This document shows positions 33,208 through 42,190 of a stretch of 64,000 nt of DNA, piece by piece (positions within the stretch are counted from its first letter, which is position 1; each line of letters starts with the position of its first letter). The stretch comes from Dehalococcoidia bacterium. GTDB lineage: Bacteria; Chloroflexota; Dehalococcoidia; Lucifugimonadales; UBA2985. Both the position numbers and the translations under genes were made by a program. The notes below the pieces were generated by a model, which had not been told where the DNA came from, made no database searches, and saw only the letters and a list, made by a program, of their open reading frames with translations. The DNA lies in assembly GCA_963555975.3 (NCBI GenBank), contig OY821663.2, positions 639,867-703,866 on the forward strand. The letters run 5' to 3'.

Positions 33208-34603
33208 CTGGTTCTTCAGTCTCCAGTTCAGGTTGATAGCGGCGTTCGCCCTTGCGCTCGCCGTGGCGCTGGCGGGCGTGAGCATGTACGTGGGCTTCAC
33301 CGCGCACCAGGCGGCGGAGCAGTTCGACCGGGAGGTCGAGGAAGCGAGAGCGGCGAGGATAGGCCAGATGATTCAGAACTACTATACGGCTACGCGGGGC
33401 TGGGGCGATCCGCAGGACGCGGTGGAGAAGGCCGCAGCCCTGTACGGCGTACGCGTCATGGTGAAGGATGCCAGCGGCAACGTTGTTGCAGACTCGGCCG
33501 CGGGCGCGGCGGCGTCCGGCGGCGAGCACGGCGTATTCGGCTGGAAGGATCTGCCGCTGCTGAGCCGAGGCCAGTACGTCGGCACCGTGGCGATGGCACG
33601 GAATATCGCGCCGCTGGAGGTGGAGGAGCCGGAGGTGTCGATACTGGCCGCCGCGCTGAACCGCTCGCTGCTGTGGACGGGTCTTGCGGCCATGCTTGGA
33701 GGTGTGCTCATCGTGTCGCTGCTGTCCCGGCGGGTGCTTGCGCCGGCGCGCGAGCTGAGCGCGGCGGCCACCCGGCTGGGCGCGGGCGACCTGTCGCAGC
33801 GCGTAGAAGTTCGCGGCCGCGACGAAATCGCCAACCTCGGCCGCACGTTCAACTCAATGGCCGAAGACCTGGAGAGCGCGGAGCAGCAGCGCCGCAGCCT
33901 TATGGCCGACGTCGCGCACGAGTTGCGCACGCCGCTTTCCAACATTCAGGGCTACCTGGAGGCGGTGCGTGACGGCCTGCTCCAGCCAACGCCCGATACA
34001 ATCGACACGATTCACCAGCAGGCCCTCCACCTCACGCGCCTCATCGAAGACCTGCGTCTGATCGCGCTTGCGGAGGCCGGCGCGCTGCGGCTGGAGTTGC
34101 TGCCGGACTCGCTGGAGGACACGCTGCGCCGGTCGATGGAAGCCGTGCGGCCTCGCGCGGAGGCGCGGGGCATCGCGCTTTCGCTGGAGGTTGCGCCCGG
34201 CCTGCCGCTTGTGCAGATGGACAGGACTCGCATCGCGCAGGTGGTGGGCAACCTGCTGGAGAACGCCATAACGCACACGCCGGAGGGCGGCAGCGTAACC
34301 GCTCAGGCGGAAGCGACGGACGCCGGAATCGTGCGGGTTGCGGTTGCGGACACGGGCGCGGGCATACCGGGGCCGGACGTCGACAGGGTGTTCGAGCGGT
34401 TCTACCGCGTGGATCCGTCCCGCGCCCGCTCGACGGGCGGCGCCGGCCTCGGACTGACCATCGCCCGGCAGCTTGTTGAGGCGCACGGCGGCAGCATCCG
34501 CGCGGAGAGCGAAGCGGGCGCGGGCAGCCGCTTCATCTTCGAGCTGCCCATCGGCGAGGCGGACTCGGACCGAGGGGCGCGTGTTCCTCGTGAGGAGGTG
34601 TGA
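33182..34603 (+). CDS. sensor histidine kinase (2 TM + HAMP + HisKA + HATPase_c)
   Basis: The HAMP domain carries LGAGDLSQRVEV..IANLGRTFNSMAEDL. The H-box is ADVAHELRTPL, the N-box is VGNLLENAITHT and the G-boxes are DTGAGIP/GGAGLGLTIA. The start is TTG 33182 or GTG 33200, and both overlap the response-regulator stop. Confidence 0.9.
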   Translation: MGTGSDVSSWFFSLQFRLIAAFALALAVALAGVSMYVGFTAHQAAEQFDREVEEARAARIGQMIQNYYTATRGWGDPQDAVEKAAALYGVRVMVKDASGNVVADSAAGAAASGGEHGVFGWKDLPLLSRGQYVGTVAMARNIAPLEVEEPEVSILAAALNRSLLWTGLAAMLGGVLIVSLLSRRVLAPARELSAAATRLGAGDLSQRVEVRGRDEIANLGRTFNSMAEDLESAEQQRRSLMADVAHELRTPLSNIQGYLEAVRDGLLQPTPDTIDTIHQQALHLTRLIEDLRLIALAEAGALRLELLPDSLEDTLRRSMEAVRPRAEARGIALSLEVAPGLPLVQMDRTRIAQVVGNLLENAITHTPEGGSVTAQAEATDAGIVRVAVADTGAGIPGPDVDRVFERFYRVDPSRARSTGGAGLGLTIARQLVEAHGGSIRAESEAGAGSRFIFELPIGEADSDRGARVPREEV

Positions 34604-34605
34604 CC

Positions 34606-34797
34606 GTGTTGTGGCTGAGAAGCTGTCCAAGGTGCGGAGCGGGAGACGTGCGGCAGAACCGGGACGTGTACGGCGGCTATCTGCTGTGCGTCCAGTGCGG
34701 CCACTACCTGACGGACTCGGAGATATACAGGCTGCGGCGAATGAGCGGCCGCGGCGTTGCGGCGGACGCGGGCAGGCGCGAGCGGCCCGCCGCATGA
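34606..34797 (+). CDS. small zinc-ribbon protein (63 aa), translationally coupled to the kinase gene
   Basis: The product reads (M)LWLRSCPRCGAGDVRQNRDVYGGYLLCVQCGHYLTDSE, with two CxxC pairs. GTG 34606 lies 7 nt after GAGGAGG (34592-34598), and this RBS sits inside the last codons of the kinase gene. The track start at 34600 is in the same frame. Confidence 0.5.
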   Translation: MLWLRSCPRCGAGDVRQNRDVYGGYLLCVQCGHYLTDSEIYRLRRMSGRGVAADAGRRERPAA

Positions 34798-34819
34798 GCG
34801 ATTGCCAGGAGGTGTTGCG

Positions 34820-35986
34820 ATGACGGACACGCGCGGCAAGGTCTACGTTCCGGTTTGGCTGGTGACGTCCGGCTTGATATTGATGGCAGCAGGCGCGCTG
34901 GCGCTTTCTCTGAGCATAGGCGCGCTGACCGCGCCGACCGCGACGGCCGCCGCTCTCTACGACGAGGACAGGGTGGTCGCCATGTTCGAGGCCGCGGAAC
35001 CTGCTGTGTTCATAGTGGAGACGGAGGGCGAGGGCCAGTCGTTTGGCTCGTTCGGGTTCCCGTTCATGTTCCCGGATCGCGGGTCGGAGTTCGTGTTCCC
35101 AACCTTCGGGCAGGGTTCAGGCTTCCTGGTGGACACGGAGGGCCACGTGCTCACCAACCACCACGTCATTGATGGCGCCGACACGGTCACGATTGGGCTG
35201 TCCAACGGCGAGAAGCTGGAAGCCGAGGTTGTGGGCTACAGCGCGTCGCACGACCTTGCGCTGCTCAAGGTTGACGCCGCCGAGGTGAGGGGCATCCGGC
35301 CGCTGCCGCTTGCGGACTCCGGCCTGGTGAAGCCGGGGCAGATGGCGGTTGCGATAGGCAGCCCGCACGGCCTGGAGAACACCGTCACGGTGGGCGTGGT
35401 GAGCGGAATCGAACGGACGCACGGAGGCGTGTATCCCAGGCCCATCTCCGGCATGATTCAGACGGACGCGGCAATGACGTCCGGCAACTCCGGCGGCCCG
35501 CTTCTGAACTCCAGCGGCGAGGTCATCGGCGTCAACACGTCCATTGAGATTACATCGACCGGCGCAAGCGGCATCGGGTTCGCCGTGCCCATCAACATTG
35601 CCAAGGATCTCATGCCGCGCTTCCTGGAGGGGAAGTCCACGGCGCAGGCTTGGCTGGGCATTCAGGGCGGCGCGCTGGACGCTTCTATGGCGGAGCTGCT
35701 GGGCATCGAGGCCACTGAGGGCGTGTACCTGAGCAGGGTGTTCCCGGGCAGCCCTGCCGAGGCGGCGGGGCTTGTGGCGAGCTCCATCAGGCGCACGCTG
35801 GACGGCACGGAGGTTTCGGTTGGCGATGTCATCATCGCGGTCGACGGCAAGAAGGTGGTCACGGTGCAGGACATGATCGATCACTTCAGCGTCAAGTATC
35901 CGGGCGACACTGTGTCGCTGACTCTGCTGCGCGACGGCGAGACCGTGGTGGTGAGCGCGACGCTGGGCGAGTGGCCGGAGGAGTAG
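34820..35986 (+). CDS. HtrA/DegP-family serine protease with N-terminal membrane anchor and C-terminal PDZ domain
   Basis: The catalytic triad contexts are TNHHVIDG, HDLALLKV and GNSGGPLL. The PDZ domain reads GVYLSRVFPGSPAEAAGL..GDVIIAVDGKKV. The ATG at 34820 lies 7 nt after AGGAGG. Confidence 0.9.
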   Translation: MTDTRGKVYVPVWLVTSGLILMAAGALALSLSIGALTAPTATAAALYDEDRVVAMFEAAEPAVFIVETEGEGQSFGSFGFPFMFPDRGSEFVFPTFGQGSGFLVDTEGHVLTNHHVIDGADTVTIGLSNGEKLEAEVVGYSASHDLALLKVDAAEVRGIRPLPLADSGLVKPGQMAVAIGSPHGLENTVTVGVVSGIERTHGGVYPRPISGMIQTDAAMTSGNSGGPLLNSSGEVIGVNTSIEITSTGASGIGFAVPINIAKDLMPRFLEGKSTAQAWLGIQGGALDASMAELLGIEATEGVYLSRVFPGSPAEAAGLVASSIRRTLDGTEVSVGDVIIAVDGKKVVTVQDMIDHFSVKYPGDTVSLTLLRDGETVVVSATLGEWPEE

Positions 35987-36505
35987 CCGCGGGGCAGCCG
36001 CGCGGGCGGTTCACGAACCGCCCCTGCGAGACCGCCGCCTCTTCCCTCCGTCATTGCGGCCCTTCGGCTACGCTCAGGGTAAACTCAGCCGCAATCCAGC
36101 CCCACGGCCCCGCCGGGTGCTAGGTTCCTGCTTTCGCAGGAACGACGGTTGAGGTATGCCATCCGTCTGCCCTTCGTCTATCTCAGAGTGAACGGACACA
36201 GTGCTTCCGTTCGTGCTGAGCTTGTCGAAGCTTGGTCACCGTACTCCCCACTCCCGCGGAGGCGGGAGACCACGGGGACGAGGCTAGTAGTCGGCCTCTA
36301 CAGCGGAGCAACCCTGAATCCGGTCGAGTGGATGCCCGCCTGCGCGGGCATAAGGTGGTTGCCGGCCGCCGTGCCCGCCTACCACCACACCCGTCACCCT
36401 CGCGAAAGCGGGGGTCTAGCCCCCGGTGGGGGAAGGGGCAATGCGCCACCACCCAACCCCTCCGGGTGCTAGGTTCCTGCGTTCGCAGGAACGACGGTTG
36501 GGGCC
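35987..36505. repeat. REP-like mosaic (includes the roughly 300-nt super-unit 36205-36503)
   Basis: Units present are gggcggttcacgaaccgcccc, ccgtcattgcggcccttcggctacgctcagggtaaactcagccgcaatcc and ctaggttcctgctttcgcaggaacgacggttgagg. The ccgttcgtgctgagcttgtcgaagc .. gtcgagtggatgcccgcctgcgcgggca .. ctaggttcctgcgttcgcaggaacgacggttgggg composite is also present. Confidence 0.85.
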
Positions 36506-37660
36506 TCACCTCCGCCGCCGCCACTTCTCCCGTTGCGACTGCCTCACGGCCTCGTCCGTGGCGCGGTAGCGGGCCAGGAAGCCGTCGCGGAACTCGGCGT
36601 AGCGGCCGTTCACAATCGCCGAGCGCGCCTCCTCCATCAGCCGCGTCACGAACCGCAGGTTGTGGACGCTTGCGAGCCGGTACGCCAGCAGCTCCTTCGC
36701 CCTGAACAGGTGGTGCAGGTACGCCGCCGAGAAGCTCGCGCAGGCGTAGCAGTCGCAGTTCTCGTCGATGGGGCCGGCGCGCTCGCGGAACGGCGCGGAG
36801 TGCACGTTGACGCGACCGTCCGGCGTGAACAGGCCGCCGTTGCGCGCAACGCGCGTGGGCAGGGAGCAGTCGAACACGTCCATGCCCAGGCCGATGCACT
36901 CGACCAGATCCTCCGGCGACCCCGCGCCCATCAGGTATCGAGGCTTGTCCGCGGGCAGCGTCTCGCCCATTAGCGAGACCGTCTCGTACGTCATCGCCTT
37001 AGGCTCTCCGACGCTCAGGCCGCCGACCGCGTAGCCGTCGAAGTCCATTGCCGTCAGCGCCGCCGCCGACTCCAGCCGCAGCTCGCGGCTCACGCCTCCC
37101 TGCACCACCGCGAACAACGCCTGCTCGCCGCTGCGATGCGCCTGGCGGCAGCGCAGCGCCCAACGGTGCGTCCGCTCCATCGCCTCGCGCACGGCGGCCT
37201 CGCCCGACTCGTAGGGCGGGCAGTGGTCGAGCGCCATCGCAACGTCCACGCCCAGCGCTTCCTGGTACTCCACGGCCAGCTCCGGCGAAAGGAACCATTC
37301 GCTGCCGTCGACGTGGGAGCGGAACGTGACGCCCTCCTCGGACAGGTGGCTGAGGCTGCCCAGGCTGAGGGTCTGGAAGCCGCCGCTGTCGGTCAGGATG
37401 GGGCCGCGCCAGCCCATGAACCGGTGAAGGCCGCCCATCTCGCGTATCAGCTCGATGCCCGGTCGCAGCATCAGGTGGTACGTGTTCGAGAGGACGATGG
37501 CCGCGCCTATGGCGGCCAGGTCGTCCGGCGCGACGGCCTTCACCGAGCCTTGCGTTGCCACGGGCATGAACGCGGGCGTGGGCACGCGGCCGTGCGGCGT
37601 GTCCATGCTTCCGGCGCGAGCCGGGCCGTCCGTGCAGTCAAGTCGAAATGCGAATGGCAT
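36506..37660 (-). CDS. tgt: queuine tRNA-ribosyltransferase (tRNA-guanine transglycosylase)
   Basis: The sequence TPAFMPVATQGSVK..SNTYHLMLRPG..LTDSGGFQ..VQGG..GYAVGGLSVGE is present, together with the Zn site CDCYAC..H. Confidence 0.93.
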   Translation of the reverse strand: MPFAFRLDCTDGPARAGSMDTPHGRVPTPAFMPVATQGSVKAVAPDDLAAIGAAIVLSNTYHLMLRPGIELIREMGGLHRFMGWRGPILTDSGGFQTLSLGSLSHLSEEGVTFRSHVDGSEWFLSPELAVEYQEALGVDVAMALDHCPPYESGEAAVREAMERTHRWALRCRQAHRSGEQALFAVVQGGVSRELRLESAAALTAMDFDGYAVGGLSVGEPKAMTYETVSLMGETLPADKPRYLMGAGSPEDLVECIGLGMDVFDCSLPTRVARNGGLFTPDGRVNVHSAPFRERAGPIDENCDCYACASFSAAYLHHLFRAKELLAYRLASVHNLRFVTRLMEEARSAIVNGRYAEFRDGFLARYRATDEAVRQSQREKWRRRR

Positions 37661-37745
37661 GGTCGTTGCCTGTTCCTGAGCGGTTGAGGTCGCTTTCGTA
37701 GAATTGCCCGCAGTATAGAGCAGGCCGCCGCGGGATAGAAGCGGT

Positions 37746-37774
37746 GTTGACCTGAAGCGTTCGATGGCTTACTC
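37746..37774 (+). promoter_or_regulatory. promoter candidate for the hem operon
   Basis: TTGACC (37746-37751), a 17-nt spacer and TACTCT (37769-37774), in the divergent tgt/sirC spacer. Confidence 0.4.
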
Positions 37775-37801
37775 TTGCCCATAAACGGCGGAGGTAGCCC
37801 C

Positions 37802-38455
37802 TTGGCGCCATACTATCCGGTGTTCCTGGACGTGAGAGACCGTTGCTGCGTCATCGTGGGCGGCGGCCAGATAGCGGAGGGCAAGATCGCCGCGCTGCTG
37901 GAGAGCGGCGCCCGCATACGCATGGTCAGCCCGGAGGTCACGGACGAGATCCAGGACATGGCCGATAGCGGCGCGCTCACGCTGGACAAGCGCGAGTACC
38001 GCGACGGCGACCTCGATGGGGCGTTCATTGCCATAGCCGCCACAGACGACTCCGCCCTCAACGAGCGCATCGCCAGCGAGGCGGCCGCCCGCAACGTGCC
38101 GCTCAACGTGGTGGACGTGACGCACCTGTGCACGTTCATCGCGCCCGCGGTGGTGCGGCGCGGCGAGGTCACGGTCGCCATCTCAACCTCCGGCCTCAGC
38201 CCTGCGCTGGCTCGCAAGCTAAGGGTAGAGCTTCAGGACAGCCCCTCTCTCGACTACGCCGACCTTGCGCCCATGCTGTCCGAGGTGAGGCTTGAGCTTC
38301 GCCGCGAGGGCACGATCGTCGATCCTGAACACTGGCAGACCTGCCTCACTCCGGATCTCGTGTCGCTGTACAACGCGGACAGAGTGGCCGCGAAGGCGGC
38401 CCTCAAGCGCGCGCTCATGGAACGCCCCGAAACCGAAGGACAACGGGCGCAATGA
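37802..38455 (+). CDS. sirC: precorrin-2 dehydrogenase / sirohydrochlorin ferrochelatase (siroheme synthase N-terminal type)
   Basis: The sequence YPVFLDVRDRCCVIVGGGQIAEGKI is the Rossmann GxGxxA motif typical of the CysG N-domain/SirC. A TTG at 37802 lies 7 nt after GGAGG. The track start at 37775 is in the same frame. Confidence 0.8.
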   Translation: MAPYYPVFLDVRDRCCVIVGGGQIAEGKIAALLESGARIRMVSPEVTDEIQDMADSGALTLDKREYRDGDLDGAFIAIAATDDSALNERIASEAAARNVPLNVVDVTHLCTFIAPAVVRRGEVTVAISTSGLSPALARKLRVELQDSPSLDYADLAPMLSEVRLELRREGTIVDPEHWQTCLTPDLVSLYNADRVAAKAALKRALMERPETEGQRAQ

Positions 38456-39717
38456 GCCTCTACGTGCTGGGCCTGAGCCACTGGAAGACGCCCCTGGACG
38501 TGAGGGAGTCGGTTGCCTTCACCCGCGAGGAGCTGCCGCAAGCGCTCCACTGCCTGAAGGACGCACTGGGCGGCGGCGTCATCGTGTCCACGTGCAACCG
38601 CACGGAGTTGTACGCCACGGGCGAGAGCGGCGGCGCGGTGCGCGAGGGCTTGCAGGCGATGCTGGCGCGCAGGCTGCCGCCGGAGGCCGGCGACCCGTCG
38701 TGCGCCTTCTACTTCTACGAGCACCAGGCGGCCGTGCGCCATCTCTTCCGCGTCACAAGCGGCCTGGACTCGCAGATCCTCGGCGAATCGGAGGTGCTTG
38801 GGCAGGTGCGTGACGCCTACGGCGCATCGGTTGGGCAGGGCTGCGCGGGCGGCGTGGTATCGAAGGTGTTTCACCACGCGCTGCGTGTGGGCAGGCGTGC
38901 GCGCCGTGAGACGGGCATCGGTGACAACGCGCTGTCCATCGGCACGGCGGCCGTAGAGCTGAGCCGCCGCGCGCTCGGCGACCTGGGCCGCGTGAGCGCG
39001 GCGGTGGTTGGAGCCGGGCAGGCGGGAATGCTCGTTGCGCAGGCGCTGCAATACCGGGGCGTGAGGCGAATCGAGTTGCTGAATCGCACGCCGGCCCGCG
39101 CCGCCGCGGCGGCTGCGGAGCTGGGCGCGAACGCGCGGCCGCTCTCGGACCTGCCGGCCGTTCTGGCGAGCGCGGACATCGTGGTAAGCTCCACCGACTC
39201 ACACGAGACGCTGCTCTCTCGTGACACTGTGGCGGCGGCGACCGGGAATCGCAACGGCTCGCCGCTCGTGATTGTGGACATCGCGGTGCCGCGTGACGCA
39301 GACCCCGCCGTGGGCGAACTGCCCGGCGTGACACTGCTCGACCTGGACGACCTGGAGTGCGTGACGCGCGCCAACCGCGAGGAGCGCGAGCGGGAAGTCG
39401 CCGCTGTGGAGCGCATCATCGACGAGGAGATGGCTCGGTTCCGCGCATGGTGGGAGTCGCGCAGGCTCGGCCCGTCCATCGCCAGGCTGGAGGAGCGCGC
39501 CGAGACGCTGCGCCGCGGCGAGGTCGAAAGGGCGCTGCGGCAGTTGCCGCGCCTGTCTGAGGAGGAGACGGCCAGCATCGAGGCGATGAGCCGGGCTATA
39601 GTGCGGAAGCTGCTCCACAACCCGCTGGCCGCCATGAAGGAGAATCCCGCCAGCCTGGAGGCGGCGCAGCAGCTATTCGGGCTGAAGGAAGACGACCCGC
39701 AACCGGACTCGGGCTGA
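38452..39717 (+). CDS. hemA: glutamyl-tRNA reductase
   Basis: The sequence LGLSHWKTPLDVRE..VSTCNRTELY (catalytic Cys) ..GLDSQILGESEVLGQV..VVGAGQAG is present. Confidence 0.93.
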   Translation: MSLYVLGLSHWKTPLDVRESVAFTREELPQALHCLKDALGGGVIVSTCNRTELYATGESGGAVREGLQAMLARRLPPEAGDPSCAFYFYEHQAAVRHLFRVTSGLDSQILGESEVLGQVRDAYGASVGQGCAGGVVSKVFHHALRVGRRARRETGIGDNALSIGTAAVELSRRALGDLGRVSAAVVGAGQAGMLVAQALQYRGVRRIELLNRTPARAAAAAAELGANARPLSDLPAVLASADIVVSSTDSHETLLSRDTVAAATGNRNGSPLVIVDIAVPRDADPAVGELPGVTLLDLDDLECVTRANREEREREVAAVERIIDEEMARFRAWWESRRLGPSIARLEERAETLRRGEVERALRQLPRLSEEETASIEAMSRAIVRKLLHNPLAAMKENPASLEAAQQLFGLKEDDPQPDSG

Positions 39718-39727
39718 GGTGGCGCCG

Positions 39728-40645
39728 ATGAGGATTGTGGTGGGCACGCGGGGCAGCCGCCTTGCGCTCGCGCAGACTGAGGAAGCTCTGTCGAGCCTCC
39801 GGCGCGTCTCGCCGGAAATCGAATCGAGCGTGGAGGTCATCCGCAGCGCGGGTGACGAAATGCCGGACGCGCCGCTGGCAGGGCTGGGCAAGGGCGTGTT
39901 CACTAGCGCGCTGGAGGCGGCCGTGCTGGACGGCAGGGTGGACATGGCAGTTCACAGCCTGAAAGACCTGCCGATTGCAGTCCCGGACGGGCTGGCCGTG
40001 GTGGTTGTCTGCCCGCGTCAGGACGCGCGGGACGTGCTGGTGAACGCAACGCACGACGCACTCGCCGACATGCCCGCGGGCGCGGTCATAGGCACAAGCA
40101 GCCCGCGCCGCGCGGCTCAGCTGCGCGCCCTCCGCGACGACCTGCGCGTGGAGCCGGTGCGCGGCAACGTGGAAACGCGCATCGGCAAGGCGGACGGCCA
40201 CGGCTACGATGGCGTTGTGGTCGCCGCCGCGGGCCTGCTGCGGTTGGGGCTGGAGGACAGCATCGCGCACTACTTCGATCCGGTGGACATGACGCCGGAG
40301 CCGGGTCAGGGCGCGCTGGCGGTGCAGGTGCGCTCGGACAGGGGTGACCTGCGGCGACTGCTGTCCGCCATCGTACACCGGCGCACGGCCGTGGCGGTTG
40401 CCGCGGAGCGCGAGTTCGTAGAGGCGATGGGCGGCGGCTGCCGCGTGCCTATTGCAGCGCACGCCGAGGTATCGGGAAGCGAGATCAGCATGGTCGGCAT
40501 GGTGTCCTCGGCGGACGGAGGCGAGATGATTAAGACGCGTCTCGAAGGCTGGCCCGTCTTGCGGGCGGGCGCAGGTCGCGTGCTGGCGGAAGAGCTGTTC
40601 GTGATGGGCGCCGCGGAGATACTCGCGGCGGGAGCGGAGAGTTGA
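39728..40645 (+). CDS. hemC: hydroxymethylbilane synthase (porphobilinogen deaminase)
   Basis: The sequence MRIVVGTRGSRLALAQT..AVHSLKDLP..RGNVETRI..GGCRVPIAAHA is present. The ATG at 39728 lies 5 nt after GAGGTGG. Confidence 0.92.
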   Translation: MRIVVGTRGSRLALAQTEEALSSLRRVSPEIESSVEVIRSAGDEMPDAPLAGLGKGVFTSALEAAVLDGRVDMAVHSLKDLPIAVPDGLAVVVVCPRQDARDVLVNATHDALADMPAGAVIGTSSPRRAAQLRALRDDLRVEPVRGNVETRIGKADGHGYDGVVVAAAGLLRLGLEDSIAHYFDPVDMTPEPGQGALAVQVRSDRGDLRRLLSAIVHRRTAVAVAAEREFVEAMGGGCRVPIAAHAEVSGSEISMVGMVSSADGGEMIKTRLEGWPVLRAGAGRVLAEELFVMGAAEILAAGAES

Positions 40646-42189
40646 CGGAGCCGGGCGTGGTCTACCTTGTCGGCGCGGGGCCGGGCGATCCCGGCCTCAT
40701 CACGGCGCGCGGGCTGGCCCTGCTGCGCAGCGCGCACGTGGTCGTGTACGACAGGCTAGTTGACCGCGCGCTGCTGGATGAGGCGCGGCCGGAGACGGAG
40801 ATGGTGGACGCAGGCAAGGCGCGGGGGAACCGCCGAATGTCGCAGGACGACATAAACCGGCTGCTGGTCGAGCGGGCGCGTGAGGGCCTGCGCGTGGTGC
40901 GGCTGAAGGGCGGCGACCCGTTCATCTTCGGGCGCGGCGGCGAGGAGGCTGAGGCGTTGGCGGCGGCCGGCGTCCCGTTCGAGGTGGTGCCCGGCGTGAC
41001 CTCGGCGATTGCGGCCCCGGCCTATGCGGGCATCCCGCTGACGCATCGCAGGCTCGCATCGCACGTCACCATCGTCAGCGGCGCGGAGGACCTGGCCAAG
41101 CCGGAGTCGGCCGTCGACTGGGCGCGGCTGGCCTCGCTGGGCGGCACGCTGGTGGTGATGATGGGGTGGGAGTCTCTGCCCGCAACGGTCGAGTCGCTGC
41201 GCAGACACGGGATGGACGGCGCCACGCCCGCTGCGCTCATCGAGTGGGGCACGGAGCCGTACCAGCGCACCGTAGAGGGCAGCCTTGCGGACGTCGTCGA
41301 GCGCGGGCAGGCGGCCAGGCTGTCGCCGCCCGTCGTGGTGGTGTTCGGCGAGGTGGCCGCGTTGCGCAGCCGCATACGCTGGTTCGAGAGCAGGCCGCTG
41401 TACGGCAAGCGCGTGCTGGTGCCCAGGACGCGGTCGCAGGCTGGCGCGCTTTCCCGGCTGCTGCGAGAGAGGGGAGCGGAGCCGCTGGAGATACCCACAA
41501 TCGAGGTACGACCGCCGGAGGACATCGCACGCCTGGACGATGCGCTCAGGACGCTCCACGCCTACGATTGGGTGGTGTTCGTGAGCGTGAACGGCGTGCA
41601 GGAAGCGTTCGGCAGACTGGACGCGCTTGGGCTGGACGCGCGGGCGTTCGGCGGGGCGCGCGTGTGCGCCGTCGGCTCCGCCACGGCCGCCGCGTTGCGC
41701 GAGCACGGCATAGTCGCAGACCTGCGGCCGCGCGAGTCGGTGTCGGAGTCGATAGTCGAAGGGCTTGCGGCGGCGGGCATCGCGGGCAAGCGCGTGCTGC
41801 TGCTGCGGGCGCAGGAGGGCCGGGAGGCGCTGTCTAGCGGGCTGGCGCAGGCTGGCGCGCTCGTGGAAGACGTGGCGGCGTATCGCACGGTTGCGCCGGA
41901 GGAGTCGCGCGGGCCGGTGCGGGATATGCTGTCCGGCAGAGGCGTGGACGCGCTGGCGCTCACAAGCTCATCAACGCTGACGAACCTGCTGGCGCTGCTG
42001 GACGGCGATTCGTCCGCGCTGGCGGGCGCGGCGGTGGCGTGCATCGGCCCGGTGACGGCGGCAACGGCGCGGGAGGCGGGCCTGCGCGTGGACGTGGTGG
42101 CCTCGCAGGCCACGGTCGAGTCGCTGACCAACGCGCTGGCGGCGCACTTCTCGCCGGGCGGAAACTCCGGCGGACAGGAGGGCGAATGA
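40642..42189 (+). CDS. cobA-hemD: bifunctional uroporphyrinogen-III C-methyltransferase / uroporphyrinogen-III synthase
   Basis: The N-terminal half reads VYLVGAGPGDPGLIT..VVYDRL..RLKGGDPFIFGRGGEE..PGVTS (SUMT). The C-terminal half, from LYGKRVLVPRTRSQAG onwards, is HemD-like. The TTG start overlaps the hemC stop by 4 nt. Confidence 0.88.
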   Translation: MTEPGVVYLVGAGPGDPGLITARGLALLRSAHVVVYDRLVDRALLDEARPETEMVDAGKARGNRRMSQDDINRLLVERAREGLRVVRLKGGDPFIFGRGGEEAEALAAAGVPFEVVPGVTSAIAAPAYAGIPLTHRRLASHVTIVSGAEDLAKPESAVDWARLASLGGTLVVMMGWESLPATVESLRRHGMDGATPAALIEWGTEPYQRTVEGSLADVVERGQAARLSPPVVVVFGEVAALRSRIRWFESRPLYGKRVLVPRTRSQAGALSRLLRERGAEPLEIPTIEVRPPEDIARLDDALRTLHAYDWVVFVSVNGVQEAFGRLDALGLDARAFGGARVCAVGSATAAALREHGIVADLRPRESVSESIVEGLAAAGIAGKRVLLLRAQEGREALSSGLAQAGALVEDVAAYRTVAPEESRGPVRDMLSGRGVDALALTSSSTLTNLLALLDGDSSALAGAAVACIGPVTAATAREAGLRVDVVASQATVESLTNALAAHFSPGGNSGGQEGE

Positions 42190-42190
42190 G

